Of a DNA stretch of 64,000 bases, positions 13,997 to 24,790 are shown one piece after another. The notes below the pieces were generated by a model. That model saw only the letters and a list, made by a program, of their open reading frames with translations. It was not told the DNA's origin and made no database searches. The stretch is taken from assembly GCF_001194135.2 (NCBI RefSeq), contig NC_068981.1:197163886-197227885 (forward strand). Direction: 5' to 3'. A program made the position numbers and the translations under genes. Every line of letters begins with the position of its first letter. The first letter of the stretch is position 1. Origin of the DNA: Octopus bimaculoides. Its lineage: Eukaryota.

Positions 13997-16478
13997 TCAT
14001 GAGTGGTGAGTGTTGCTGACAGGAAGAGCATCCAGTCATGAAAAGCTTGTCTCATGAAATTCCGATCGATCCATGTAAGCATAAAAAATTGGCCATTGAA
14101 ATAACAATGATGACTACATATTTCTTATATATTGAAATGTTTTTTTTTGTAGGCGTGTGCAGACGTGAAGGAATATTCCAGATTTTGTTCGTGGCCCCAT
14201 TTGCTTCAGAAAGACTTCCCTGTGATTTTTCATGATGTTTTCTCTCAAGAAGTGAGGGAGAAATCAGACCCATCTTTTTTCAACTTGAAGGAAATCGAAG
14301 TTGTCTATAGTTATGTTGACAAACTTTTAAAAACTCAAGGAGTTAAACAGACTGATATTGGAATTATTGTGACCTATAGGAAGCAGGTAATTACTTTTAT
14401 ATATTGCAGGTGACAAGTTGTTGCCACCACTCTTTAACCCTAGGCCAGTTGTAATCCTGCACACAATGTCGGGTTTATTTACTCTTTTACTCTTATTTGT
14501 TTCAGTCACTTGACTGTGGCCATGCTGGAGTACCACCTTTAGTCAAACAAATCGACCCATGGACTTTGTAAGCCTAGTACTGAGGAATTCCAACCACATT
14601 TCATGGTTCGCTACCTCTACAGCGCCTTTATAAGATCCAGTGGCTAAAGACATCATCAGGAGGAACCACGTCCGCTTTCGGTCCTTAGTCCTCTACTGTT
14701 TTCAATATGGCAGCCACCCCACCCCCCACCTTTCTGGTGTTGACTGTTTTTTTCTTTCTCTTTTTTTTCTTTTGTTCTTTGGTTTCTTCGATGCAGCATC
14801 AACAAATGTCAGCGGGCGAATGACCATCCTGCCAAATTCCCACTTAAATACTCGCCGGTAGGCCTCAGCACCAGCTAACGGTCATGTGACACTGTCTTGG
14901 CTTCAACTGACCAATGGAGGGGAAGAGCGCATAGTTTGGGCCATGCCCTCTCTAAACCTGCCTTCCAACAGCTCTCAGTATCCCTTCCATCTTTCTCTCC
15001 ACATCTGCATTCATCAGTTGTTTGTGTTCCACCGGACTAAATTCGCCGGTGAGGGTAAAACGTCGAAGGTAGACTTGATCAGGAAGGCTGTTCTTGCTTG
15101 TTCCCAAGCCCAAAGTTCCTTCTATGAGATTCTGCGACTGACCACGTATTCTTCCCATCTCAGGCATTGTCCCTGTTGACTACATTGCACCAAATGTACA
15201 TTCCGCCTTTCTTCTTCCTTTCTCACTTCGTGTACCACTGCCTCTTTCATCTCTTTTATACTGCCCCAGGCAAAATGGTTTGAAATTGTGCGTCCCTAGG
15301 CCGGCTCTTGCTTCTTGCATCACTCTCACTATATCAGTTTGCCTTAGCTTTCCGATCGCCCTGTTTACTGCCTCTTCCGCTTTCCATTTCTTCCCTGTTC
15401 GTACCTTTGGAGGGTTTTCTCAGATGTTCTGATCTTTCGAATACCTTAGCATCATTACTGTCTTTGCCTTTCCTGCCTTATATTCTTTAACAATTGATGT
15501 TGTCGGTAGTTGCAGCATGGGTTCCCCATATAGTGGTTTCGGCAGACCAAGCCATTTTCTGATAAACACACTGCATCTTTGTTCCATCCTTTCTACTCTA
15601 CTCGAGGCTATTTCGTACATTGGCAATGGCCACATTATCCTTGGGTACAGTCCAAATTGCAGTATCCAACATTTGAATTTTCCCGGCAGTGTTGTTCTGT
15701 CAATTGCCTTTAATCCTTGTTCTACTAAATCGTGTGTTTCTTTCCCTTGCTTCTTATCATTTAATAAATCTCTATACCATCTGCCAAGACTCTTTACTGG
15801 TTGTTCTTTCACCGTTGGTATATCTTCACCTTCTATCCTGAATTTCACTTCTTTTTGGACTCCTTTCATGAAAGCCAAGCTTCGACATTTTTTGGCTTTG
15901 AATTTCATTCTCACCTGTCCTATTAGTTCCTCCATCCACTCTAACATTATATCTGCTGCTTCTCTACTTTCTGATAATACAGTAATGTTGTCCATAAAGG
16001 CCCTTTGTCTTTGTAACAGATTTCTCACAATCTGTTGATCTTAGTAACATCTAGCACAAACAAGATGACTGATATCGTGCATCCAGCGGCAATACCTACT
16101 TCAAGCCATTGCCACTCTGTTGTGAATTTCCCTGCTGTATATCTCATCCTCAATTTATCGTAACGCATGAGCATTCGTCGAACATCTTCCGGACTCCAAA
16201 AGAAGTCCATAGCTGCTTGAATTAGTGTGTGTGGGACAGATCCATATGCATTGGCAAGATCTAGCCATACAATGTACAGATTTTTCTTCAGTTGCTTTGT
16301 ATAACAGTTGATAGCTTCCCAGATGGGAAATGCATGTTCTGTGCATTCGGGGATTCCAGAGATCCCTGCCTTTTGGATTGCTTCATTAACATATCCTTTA
16401 TGCGACCTCCTCTTTTCTCAAGATTTAATATCTGTACACCACTTCTAACACTCTATACATATATATATATATATATCT

Positions 16479-16511
<33 letters not shown>

Positions 16512-19500
16512 CACACATAAGGATAAGCATATTAAAAGGGGTCCGTGGTGGAAACTCATTTAAGTAAAAGGGTCAGAAACCACTGTTGTAGTAGAAAACT
16601 GGTTGATAAATACAAGAAAAGGAAATACATTCTTAAAAATCCTGCCTGTTGTTGGAATCAGTAGGAGAGCCATGAAGTTGATAAGGAGATGATGGTTGGG
16701 TCTCTTAATTCCTGGCTTTTTCAATAGAGTAACTAGTAATCTCCATAAACCTCATTGTAACAACATAAGATTTTACCTACATCATCATCATTTAACGTCC
16801 ATTGTCCATGCTGGCATGGGTTGGATGTCTTGACTAGGTTGGCACGCTGGAAGGCTGCACCAGACTCCAGTCTGATTTAGCATGGTTTTCTACAGTCGAA
16901 TGCCCTTCTTAACGCTAACCACTCCAAGAGGAGTGTAATGAGTGCTTTTAAATGCCAGTTGCATAACACCGGTATCTGCCTTGTCTGCGATTTTGCTCGG
17001 CTTGATGGGTTTTCTCAAGCACGACATAATTCCAGAGGTCTTTGCCATTGCCTCCGTGAGGCCCAGCACTTGAAAGGAACTCAACCACTTTATCTCCAAG
17101 CTAAATTAACAGTATCTACACAATGTCTGTCCATCCAATCAGTATCTACAGGGTGTCCACAAGGTCTGGGTACAGGGGATTAACACATACTTTAAGAAAT
17201 TATTATTTCTTATATTTAATTGTTTATGTTATGATTTTATTTACTCCATGTACCCCAGACCTTGTGGACACCCTGTATATTACTGTGTCCACACACTCCA
17301 CATCTATGCACTATGTCTATCTGAAGATCATTTATACAGACTCTACAGGCAAAATCCATGTACATTCTGTATATATCCACCATCTACACACTGTATATCC
17401 AGTCGACATCTATACACTGTCTGTCCTTTTAAATTATAATTAAGTTTCGCAATTAATCCATTTGTTATATTCTCTTGAATTTTTCCTGATCCATTTTAGG
17501 CATTGAAAATAACTGAATATTTAGAAAAGAAATCCATAAAGAATGTGACTGTTGGTACCGTGGAGATGTTCTTAAGTTCTGAAAAAGAAGTTACCATTAT
17601 TTCCACTGTCCGAAGTTCCCTAAATGATGAAGAGGAAAGTTCTGTTGGATTTCTCAAGAATCCAAAAGTAAGTAATGTTTTAGAATTCTATGATATTTTT
17701 TTCTTAATTCCCATTTTTAAATATCCAAATTTGATTATAGTACAACTTGCAGTTGACTGTTGCTAGGAGTGAGAGGTCATGTCAGGAGAGTCTTAGAACA
17801 TGTTATCATGACATCTTTGATATGACATTCATTTTATTTGTTACTAAGGATACTCTTTAAAAAATTAAAAATATGCTGTGCGTGAGAAGACCCAGCAANN
17901 NNNNNNNNNNNNNNNNNNNNNNNNNNNNNNNNNNNNNNNNNNNNNNNNNNNNNNNNNNNNNNNNNNNNNNNNNNNNNNNNNNNNNNNNNNNNNNNNNNNN
18001 NNNNNNNNNNNNNNNNNNNNNNNNNNNNNNNNNNNNNNNNNNNNNNNNNNNNNNNNNNNNNNNNNNNNNNNNNNNNNNNNNNNNNNNNNNNNNNNNNNNN
18101 NNNNNNNNNNNNNNNNNNNNNNNNNNNNNNNNNNNNNNNNNNNNNNNNNNNNNNNNNNNNNNNNNNNNNNNNNNNNNNNNNNNNNNNNNNNNNNNNNNNN
18201 NNNNNNNNNNNNNNNNNNNNNNNNNNNNNNNNNNNNNNNNNNNNNNNNNNNNNNNNNNNNNNNNNNNNNNNNNNNNNNNNNNNNNNNNNNNNNNNNNNNN
18301 NNNNNNNNNNNNNNNNNNNNNNNNNNNNNNNNNNNNNNNNNNNNNNNNNNNNNNNNNNNNNNNNNNNNNNNNNNNNNNNNNNNNNNNNNNNNNNNNNNNN
18401 NNNNNNNNNNNNNNNNNNNNNNNNNNNNNNNNNNNNNNNNNNNNNNNNNNNNNNNNNNNNNNGCCTGACTGGCCTTCGTGCGGGTGACATGTAAAAGCAC
18501 CCACTACACTCTCAGAGTGGTTGGCATTAGGAAGGGCATCCAGCTGTAGAATCTCTGCCAGATCAGACTGGAGCATGGTGCAGCCATCTGGTTCCACCAG
18601 TCCTCAGTCAAATCGTCCGACCCATGCCAGCATGGAAAGTGGACGTTATGAGAAATGTCACAACTTTAGATTCCTGCAAAAGTTTTGAACTTAACTTTCT
18701 TCTCATCGTATTCCTGTCGGAATGTTATTGCCTTTGTTTCAATGAATTGTGAAAATAATGAAGAATTTAATAAAATGGATTTCTCATCACTAAACTGACG
18801 TTTGGAACATAAATAATTGAATTTTAAATTGGTCAATACAATGAAGAATGAAAGATTTTACCTTTTGAAAATGAGAATTCTTGTAAAAACTTGTGTATCA
18901 ACATACGAGGGTGAGTCAAAAAGTAATGCCATTTTGTTTAGGACAGATATAATTACCAACACAGGAACATGTATCATGCATCAAAATGAAGCTGGTCCTC
19001 TGTGGATCACATCCCTACTTCTCAACATAGTCACCGTTTCTCTCAATAGCAATGTTCCACCTTTGAATGAGAGCATGTATCCCTGCCCCGTAAAATTCTG
19101 TTGACTGTTCTTTGAGCCACTTCTTCACTACAGTTTTCACTTCCTCGTCACTGGACTATCATCTCTTCGGCCCCATGAAAGAGGGTTTGAGAAGCAAACA
19201 TTATTCCAGTGACGAGGATGTGAAAACTGTAGTGAAGAAGTGGCTCAAAGAACAGTCAACAGAATTTTACAGAGCAGGGATACATGCTCTCCTTCAAAGG
19301 TAGAATATTGCTATTGAGAGAAACGGTGACTATGTTGAGAAGTAGGGATGTGATCCACAGAGGACCAGCTTCATTTTGATGTATGATACATGTTCCTGTG
19401 NNNNNNNNNNCAGAGGACCAGCTTCATTTTGATGTATGATACATGTTCCTGTGTTGGTAATTATACCTGTCCTAAACAAAAGGACATTACTTTTTGACTC

Positions 19501-21412
19501 ACCCACGTATTTGCCAGTCAGATGCCTCCAATAATTGTAGAGGCAGGAATGGGGACACAGGAATCTATGAGGTACATTCAAAAACATTGCAAGTTTTTTC
19601 AGGGAGTTATTACAATCAAAATAGGTCTTTGACCCCTACTTGTTTACCCCCCCAACCTCAGTTTCTTGACAGAAGTGGTCCTGGGACCAAGGCCTCTACT
19701 ATAACTTTTAAGAAATGTGGTGGTAATGTAGCTATGGAAGGCAGGGATGCTACTCCCTGAGACCCCTTTCGGAGCCCCTCCCCCCACGCCTATAATAAGA
19801 GAATTCTATGTTTGTCCATTCTACCTTGATCAAGATGTTCAGCCCTGTTTGTTGTGTTAGTCATTGAGACAGAAAAACCATTGGGTTGCACAGCCAAATA
19901 TACCTTCAGACATTCCGTTAATAAGAGGGTTAAGTGCCTTAGACATGGTGCAAGAAATGCGATGAGACACAATAGGCGTTTCCAAATGGTATTCTACAAC
20001 ACCATTGTTCATCATCATCATCATCGTTTAACGTCCATTTTCCATGCTGGCATGAGTTGGACGGTTCAACCGGGGTCTGGGAAGCCAGGAGGCTGCACCA
20101 GGCTCCAGTCTGATCTGGCAAGATTTCTACAGCTGGATGCCCTTCCTAATGCTAACCACTTCGAGACTGTAGTGGGTGCTTTTTACATGCCACTGGCACA
20201 GGGGCCCGAGGAGACTGGTATCGACCATGTTTACATCTTGCTTTTACATGCCAACAGTACGGGAGCCAGTCGAGGTGGCGCTGGCATCGGCCACATTTGA
20301 GTGGTGCTTTTTATGTGCCACCAGTACAGGAGGCTGGCATCGACCACATTCGGATGGTGCCTTTAACGTGCCACCAGTTCAGGGAGCCAGCCAGACAGGC
20401 GGCGCTGGCATCAGCCACAACTACAATTTCCATTTGATTGTGGTTTGATGTATTTGACTCAATAGGTCTCCTTGGAGAAAATAGTAAATGTTTGTGTTAA
20501 CGATAAATTGTGGTAAGCCTCTTGGCAAATTACATAACTACATGTGATTTTTGTTAATCCATGTTGTGCTGGTTCCTTTAGAAAAGATATGTCTTGGCAT
20601 TCAATTTCTACCAGAATATTAAACATTTGACTAGAAGATGGTAATATAACAGACTTGCGGCTGCAGTAAAAAATCACTTCTGGAGAAACGTATATCATTT
20701 GTTGAAGGTCGACTGACATGTGGTTCCATATAAAACACAGAAACTTCTGTTGGAAGAGAAGAGTTAATTTCTAGATCAGAGACAAAGCATCAGAAAGTTT
20801 AATCTTGTTCTGTTTTGTTAAATCACTGAATTCCAAGCAGAAATAAAACCACAACAAATACTTTATTTGAATTAAGTGACTTGTAAAAATAAACTAAATG
20901 AACTGTTATTAATTATATTTCTGCAATTATATTTCAGCGCTTCAATGTGGCCCTCACACGAGCTAAAGCATTACAGATCGTTGTAGGCAATGCTCAAGTC
21001 CTGAAACAGGTGCCAAGCTGGGAAAGGTAATAATAAAATTCATCATCACCACCACTACCATCATCCTCATCACCACCATCTGCATCATCATCATCATCAG
21101 CTGCTGCTGATTTGCCTGCTGGGATTGGTTGGTTGGGTTATCACAATCCAAGTCCTCCACTGTTGAGAACCATTATCCAAAGACTACTGGTTCTTCATGT
21201 AATTTCACTGAAGAGCTGAAGGCACGTGGCATAACGGTTAGCTCAGTCTTAAGTTAGTCACTGGGGACACCAGGGCACAAAGGAGAGCACTCTCCCTAAT
21301 GTGTGAAGAATTCTGTAAAGCTATTCTTTTATATGATATACCAATTTTTCTAGCTTCTCAGCCCAAGAAACTGTAAAAGTAATTACCCAATCAACAATGG
21401 GTATTACTGCTA

Positions 21413-21444
<32 letters not shown>

Positions 21445-23487
21445 GAAGACCTGGGCTGAGGTGGTGAGGCAAGACCTTCGTACATTGGGCCTCACCGAGG
21501 CGATGACTACTGACCGAGACCTTTGGAAATGTGCTGTGTGTGAGAAGACCCGGCAAGCCAAGTAAGATCGTTGCCAGTGCCCCTGGACTGGCTCTTGTGC
21601 GGGTGGCACATGAGATGCACCATTTTGAGCGTGGCCGTTGCCAGTACCACCTGACTGGCTCCCGTAGGATTTTCGAGTGAGATCGTTGCCAGTGCCCCTG
21701 GACTGGCTTNNNNNNNNNNNNNNNNNNNNNNNNNNNNNNNNNNNNNNNNNNNNNNNNNNNNNNNNNNNNNNNNNNNNNNNNNNNNNNNNNNNNNNNNNNN
21801 NNNNNNNNNNNNNNNNNNNNNNNNNNNNNNNNNNNNNNNNNNNNNNNNNNNNNNNNNNNNNNNNNNNNNNNNNNNNNNNNNNNNNNNNNNNNNNNNNNNN
21901 NNGCGGGTGGCACATGAAAGACACCATTTCGAGCGTGGCCGTTTTCGTGCGGGTGACACGTAAAAGCACCCACTACACTCTCTGAGTGGTTGGCGTTAGG
22001 AAGGGCATCCAGCTGTAGAAACTCTGCCAAATTAGATTGGAGCCTGGTGTTGCCATCTGGTTTCACCAGTCCTCAGTCAAATCGTCCAACCCATGCTAGC
22101 ATGGAAAGCGGACGTTAAACGATGATGATGATGATGATACACACACATACAGGATTTTTTCAGTTTCCATCTACCAATTCCACTCACAAGGTTTTGGTTG
22201 GCCTGAGATTATAATAAAAGACACCTGTCTAAGGTACCACACAGTGGGACTGAACTTGGAACCATGCAATTGGGAAGCATGTTTCTTACCACACCGAGTA
22301 CAGGTAGGCATTCATCAAGGCTCAGCCCCGTCTTTTTCATCATTGTTCTCCAGGCCATAACAGTCATTCAAGGCTGGGAACTACTATACTTTGATGTAAC
22401 AAACTCCATATCGGAGCCAGAAGAGAAATTCCAGGTGTGGAATCTAAGGGCTTCAGGGTTAACTTTAGGGTTAAGCAAGGCAACAGACAGAACCCCACAC
22501 TCTTCAGACAGGTAGCCTTGCTCAGTTTGTAGATAAGGTGTAGGCAGGAACTCCATACAGTGTACCCAGTGGAGTCTATGGACATAAGAGGTGCAGTGGA
22601 TTAATAGGAAGGTTATCAGAGAAGGTAGTGTTTGTATGTGGAAGATGCACAGCATCCATAAAAACTTTAGAGACTCAGGAAATTGATTCCCTCAAATTCC
22701 TTGGTGGCTCATTAGAGGTAGTGGGGGAAGGATGCACGGAAAATGTGATAACTAGAATAAGATGAGGGAAATTCAGAGAAGTTAACCTTTATTGGCCCCA
22801 AAAGGTTTCTCTTTCTGAGTGAAAGGAAGATTGTATGATGCATGTATATGGACAGCAATTCTACATGGTGGTGAGATGTGGACCCTGAATGCAGAGGACA
22901 TGTTAAGGTTAGGGAGGAATGAGGCCAGTAGGCACCTCTGGTTATGCAATGTAAGTGCTAGTGTTCTGAGAGAGAAGTTAGACACGAGGAATTGGATGTT
23001 GTGTGCAAGAGAGAAGACTGCACTGGTTTGGCCATGTGGTGCAGATGAATGCTGATAGCAAAGTAGCTGGAATATGTGAAAGAGGAGGAACCAGCAAAAT
23101 GTGGGATGAAATACTGAAGGACGATCTCAGAACAGTCAACCTTTTGGGTGAGTTGACAAAGGACCAAGATACCTGGTACTTTGCTGCACTCAAGAAGAGC
23201 CGTACTCCAAAGCAGAAGAGTTATGGCTGTTTCCTCTGGGGAAGTGGCTTGATCTACCTGTGAGAGTCCTCTGCTGGTACCACATAAAAAGCACTCTTGC
23301 CAGTGTCACGTACAAGCTCCCAGCACACTCTGTAAGGTGGTTGGCAATAGGAAAGGTACCCAGTTGTAGAAACCATGCCGAATCAGACTGGAGCCTGGTG
23401 CAGCTCTGGTCAAACCAACCAACCTGTGCTAGTATTGAAAACAAACATTAAATGATGATGATGATGATGATGTATAGGTTACATATC

Positions 23488-23518
<31 letters not shown>

Positions 23519-23875
23519 AGTGTGATAGCTTTTTGAATCATTATACTCTGGATAGAATTTTATTAGTTGAGGAATGGTGTGTAGAAAAATTCCAAATTGA
23601 AATTTTAGTCTGGGTCCCAAAGACTGCTACAGTTTGAGGTGTAGGAAGGTATGCATTGCTGTATAGGAGGCAGGTAGAGTAATTTCAAATGATGTGTGTG
23701 AAGTGGGTCTCATTGATTTTCTTGTTAACTACCATCTCAGTTGATAACTTTTATCAATATTTTCTTTTTTCTTTTCTTTTTTACCTGCAGCTTCATTTCG
23801 TATTGCCAGGTGAACAACAGTTTCATTGAAGACAAACTACGAAAGGAAAAGAAGAAAGGCAAAACTAAAAAATAA
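928..23875 (+). CDS. MOV10: MOV10/Armitage-like UPF1-family SF1 RNA helicase, 5'-partial spliced CDS join(928-1075,4532-4705,5739-5836,7930-8120,10906-11045,14153-14386,17500-17667,20938-21026,23791-23875)
   Basis: Nine AG/GT-bounded exons join in phase into 441 aa with SF1B motifs in the correct order: GPPGTGKT, ILVCAP-N, TTLITAG, DEAG, AGDPKQL, NYRSHP, FPVIFH..PSFFN..E, GII..YRKQ, IISTVRS, GFLKNPKRFNVALTRAK. MOV10 versus MOV10L1 versus a lineage-specific paralog needs a phylogeny. Confidence 0.93.
2703..3400. mobile_element. hAT-type non-autonomous element inserted in an RTE fragment
   Basis: TIR CAGTGGTGGCTC / GAGCCACCACTG; 8-bp TSD GTAAGGGG/GTAAAGGG; rejoined flanks read CIKRCQALIV.GTCGRGR (RTE C-terminus). 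Confidence 0.75.
4036..4256. mobile_element. piggyBac-type (TTAA) MITE family 1
   Basis: TTAA|CCCTTTTG...AAAAGGG|TTAA; further copies at 11252-11468, 11489-11695 (truncated) and 24917-25140 (inverted). Confidence 0.88.
4532..4705 (+). CDS. MOV10: MOV10-like exon: motif Ia
   Basis: ccag|GTT...AAG|gtaag, phase 0/0; VYTMKKDAKILVCAPFNKHVDEITMKLMEFIPKAEHKKTLHRCYASTYNPAEIPKKIK. Confidence 0.93.
5739..5836 (+). CDS. MOV10: MOV10-like exon: motif Ib/Ic
   Basis: ttgcag|ACT...GGA AG|gtagg, phase 0/2; TITNLVTDQKELKNPGIFESYQIVLTTLITAG(R). Confidence 0.9.
6880..7530 (+). mobile_element. RTE-clade LINE 3' ORF fragment, decayed, with an internal duplication
   Basis: Remnants of [42 protein letters not shown]. 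Confidence 0.8.
7930..8120 (+). CDS. MOV10: MOV10-like exon: Walker B and motif III
   Basis: ttccag|G TTT...TAT G|gtaag, phase 2/1; FALLRYKGHFSHIFVDEAGFATEAETLVPLVGQIDENTRIILAGDPKQLDPVFKSEQARNAGY. Confidence 0.95.
10623..10854 (+). mobile_element. Mariner-derived MITE
   Basis: TA|TTAAGTTGGTGCACAATTA ... TAATTATGCACCAACCTAA|TA; ends 51 nt upstream of a MOV10-like acceptor. Confidence 0.85.
10906..11045 (+). CDS. MOV10: MOV10-like exon: motif IIIa (YRSH)
   Basis: tttatag|AT GTC...AAG|gtaag, phase 1/0; (D)VPLIERLMESNSNYRNTMVIKLLNNYRSHPAIIKIPNELFYDNELK. Confidence 0.95.
12658..12889. mobile_element. MITE with about 70-bp TIRs, superfamily unassigned
   Basis: GAGAAGAGATGACCACTAATTGGACATCCGATATGCTAGAAAGAGGTCATTAACGACCCAACCACAA mirrored at about 12820-12889. 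Confidence 0.75.
14153..14386 (+). CDS. MOV10: MOV10-like exon: RecA2 entry, motif IV
   Basis: tttgtag|GCG...CAG|gtaat, phase 0/0; ACADVKEYSRFCSWPHLLQKDFPVIFHDVFSQEVREKSDPSFFNLKEIEVVYSYVDKLLKTQGVKQTDIGIIVTYRKQ. Confidence 0.95.
14582..16440 (-). mobile_element. 5'-truncated RLE-clade (HERO/NeSL-like) non-LTR retrotransposon, frameshifted RT
   Basis: Minus-strand frames read QKAGISG..VWLDLANAYGSVPH..WQWLEVGIAAGCTISVILFVL..AFMDNITV..PVKSLGRW..LPGKFKCWILQFGLYPRIMWPL..KWLGLP..KVRTGKKWKA..KSTFDVLPSPANLVRW; no intact endonuclease region seen. Confidence 0.85.
17149..17275. mobile_element. Tc1/mariner-type MITE (127 bp)
   Basis: TA|CAGGGTGTCCACAAGGTCTGGGTACA ... TGTACCCCAGACCTTGTGGACACCCTG|TA. Confidence 0.85.
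17500..17667 (+). CDS. MOV10: MOV10-like exon: motifs V/Va/Vb
   Basis: ttttag|GCA...AAA|gtaag, phase 0/0; ALKITEYLEKKSIKNVTVGTVEMFLSSEKEVTIISTVRSSLNDEEESSVGFLKNPK. Confidence 0.95.
17899..18462. other. Assembly gap (N run)
   Basis: Other gaps: 19401-19410, 21710-21902, 25165-25674, 38981-38990, 39575-40201, 48493-48502, 53609-53966. Exon phases of both genes are continuous across the gaps. Confidence 1.
18906..19507 (+). mobile_element. Mariner deletion derivative with TIRs
   Basis: TA|CGAGGGTGAGTCAAAAAGTAATG ... CATTACTTTTTGACTCACCCACG|TA; C-terminal LDYHLFGPMKEGLRSKHYSSDEDVKTVVKKWL..GIHALLQR. Confidence 0.88.
20938..21026 (+). CDS. MOV10: MOV10-like exon: motif VI (arginine finger)
   Basis: tttcag|CGC...GAA AG|gtaat, phase 0/2; RFNVALTRAKALQIVVGNAQVLKQVPSWE. 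Confidence 0.95.
21445..22137 (+). mobile_element. RTE 3'-end repeat family (representative of about 30 copies)
   Basis: KTWAEVVRQDLRTLGLTEAMTTDRDLWKCAVCEKTRQAK* runs directly into the repeat ending ccaacccatgctagcatggaaagcggacgttaaac(GAT)n. Other copies include 1-137, 1325-1411, 2185-2480, 4920-5140, 8775-9060, 11960-12095, 12405-12625, 13790-13940, 16780-17075, 18463-18650, 20010-20470, 27540-28260, 29700-30028, 35990-36260, 37300-37560, 38920-39420, 40870-41030, 41440-41830, 44340-44729, 44900-45165, 45745-46260, 47580-47950, 48665-49378, 59165-59670 (approximate). Confidence 0.9.
22330..23470 (+). mobile_element. RTE-clade LINE 3' fragment with (GAT)n tail
   Basis: KGRLYDACIWTAILHGGEMWTLNAEDM..RRLHWFGHVVQM, followed by the 3' UTR repeat and GATGATGAT. 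Confidence 0.8.
23791..23875 (+). CDS. MOV10: MOV10-like terminal coding exon
   Basis: Long polypyrimidine tract, then ctgcag|C TTC...AAA TAA; phase 2 matches the previous exon; (S)FISYCQVNNSFIEDKLRKEKKKGKTKK*. Confidence 0.85.
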
Positions 23876-24199
23876 GAATCCATTTTTTTTTCTTTTGGCA
23901 ACCATAAAACAACCTGAAAGCCGAGTGTTCAGCTTTTCTTGGCTGACATTTGATAGGAAACTCACTAAACACAATATTTTGCTCTTAAAAACAATTTTCT
24001 TCAAACAATTTTCTGATTCCTTCTCAAAGATAAAAAGAGGCCAACTTTTATTGAATTTTATTTGAACTTGAGGCACATGAATGTGAAATGAAATATAATT
24101 GTATGCAACTGGACAGGAGAAGAGCTTTTTGTGATGAAAATATTCTTGGGATGTTTTTTTTTTTTTTTTCTTATTAACATGAAAAGATCACTGACTTGT

Positions 24200-24790
24200 T
24201 GCTGACATTATACCTTCTTCAGGTGCCATGTCCAGAATGTAGGACAAAAGTCAGTCATGTCCTGCCATACTGTTCTTTGTTTTCTTTGTAACAGTTCTAC
24301 TTTGTGATGTTCGATGCCTCTTCCTTTCAACCATTTCTTCAAGTTTGGCATCATCCGTCTTCTTCATCTGCTTCTTTTCTCTTCAATCTTTCTGGTCATC
24401 ACTAAATTCTCCAAGCCCTCTTTCCTCTTCAGTTGCTTGGCCCTTATCTTTTGAAGTAGTTTCCTATTTACTGCAGCCTGGATCATCACTTCTTCATCAG
24501 AAACTTTGTCCATGCTATCCTCAATTTTCTCCTTAAGAACCACATTTTACAGCTCACCACGCATCTTCTCATTCCTCATGTTACAGACCATGCCTCACTT
24601 CCACACAGGCTAGACATAGCAGTCCAATATCCAGGTCTTCGTCTTGACGCACAATGCAGAAAAACCAGTGATGATTGATATTATTCAGAGTCAAATGTTT
24701 TTATACATAACATTGTATGTAAAGAGAGATTTCTCCCAAGAATATTTCAGCAGCAAAATGGATCTCTGCCCATCCAGGTAGAGACAAATG
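24200..24790 (-). mobile_element. RTE/BovB-like LINE 3' fragment
   Basis: Minus-strand remnants CEAWS..DSMDKVSDEEV..KEGLENLVMTRKIEEKR, typical of the RTE C-terminus. Confidence 0.6.

Noticed and set aside
14640-14695. CCGAAA...CTGATGA on the minus strand at the HERO 3' end as a hammerhead
   Set aside because: Only 16 nt lie between GAAA and CTGATGA, stem I cannot form, and the G10.1-C11.1 pair is broken
17834-18597. Long ORFs spanning N runs (also 21391-22066, 25126-25753, 39516-40220, 53528-54043)
   Set aside because: Artefacts of translating assembly gaps as X
19361-19460. Direct repeats flanking 10-N gaps (also 38941-39040)
   Set aside because: Typical unmerged contig overlaps, not biological duplications
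21570-21710. Spacer-like direct repeats in the RTE 3' UTR (gccagtgcccctggactggct units) as a CRISPR array
   Set aside because: Eukaryotic LINE UTR sub-repeats with related, non-unique spacers; no cas genes
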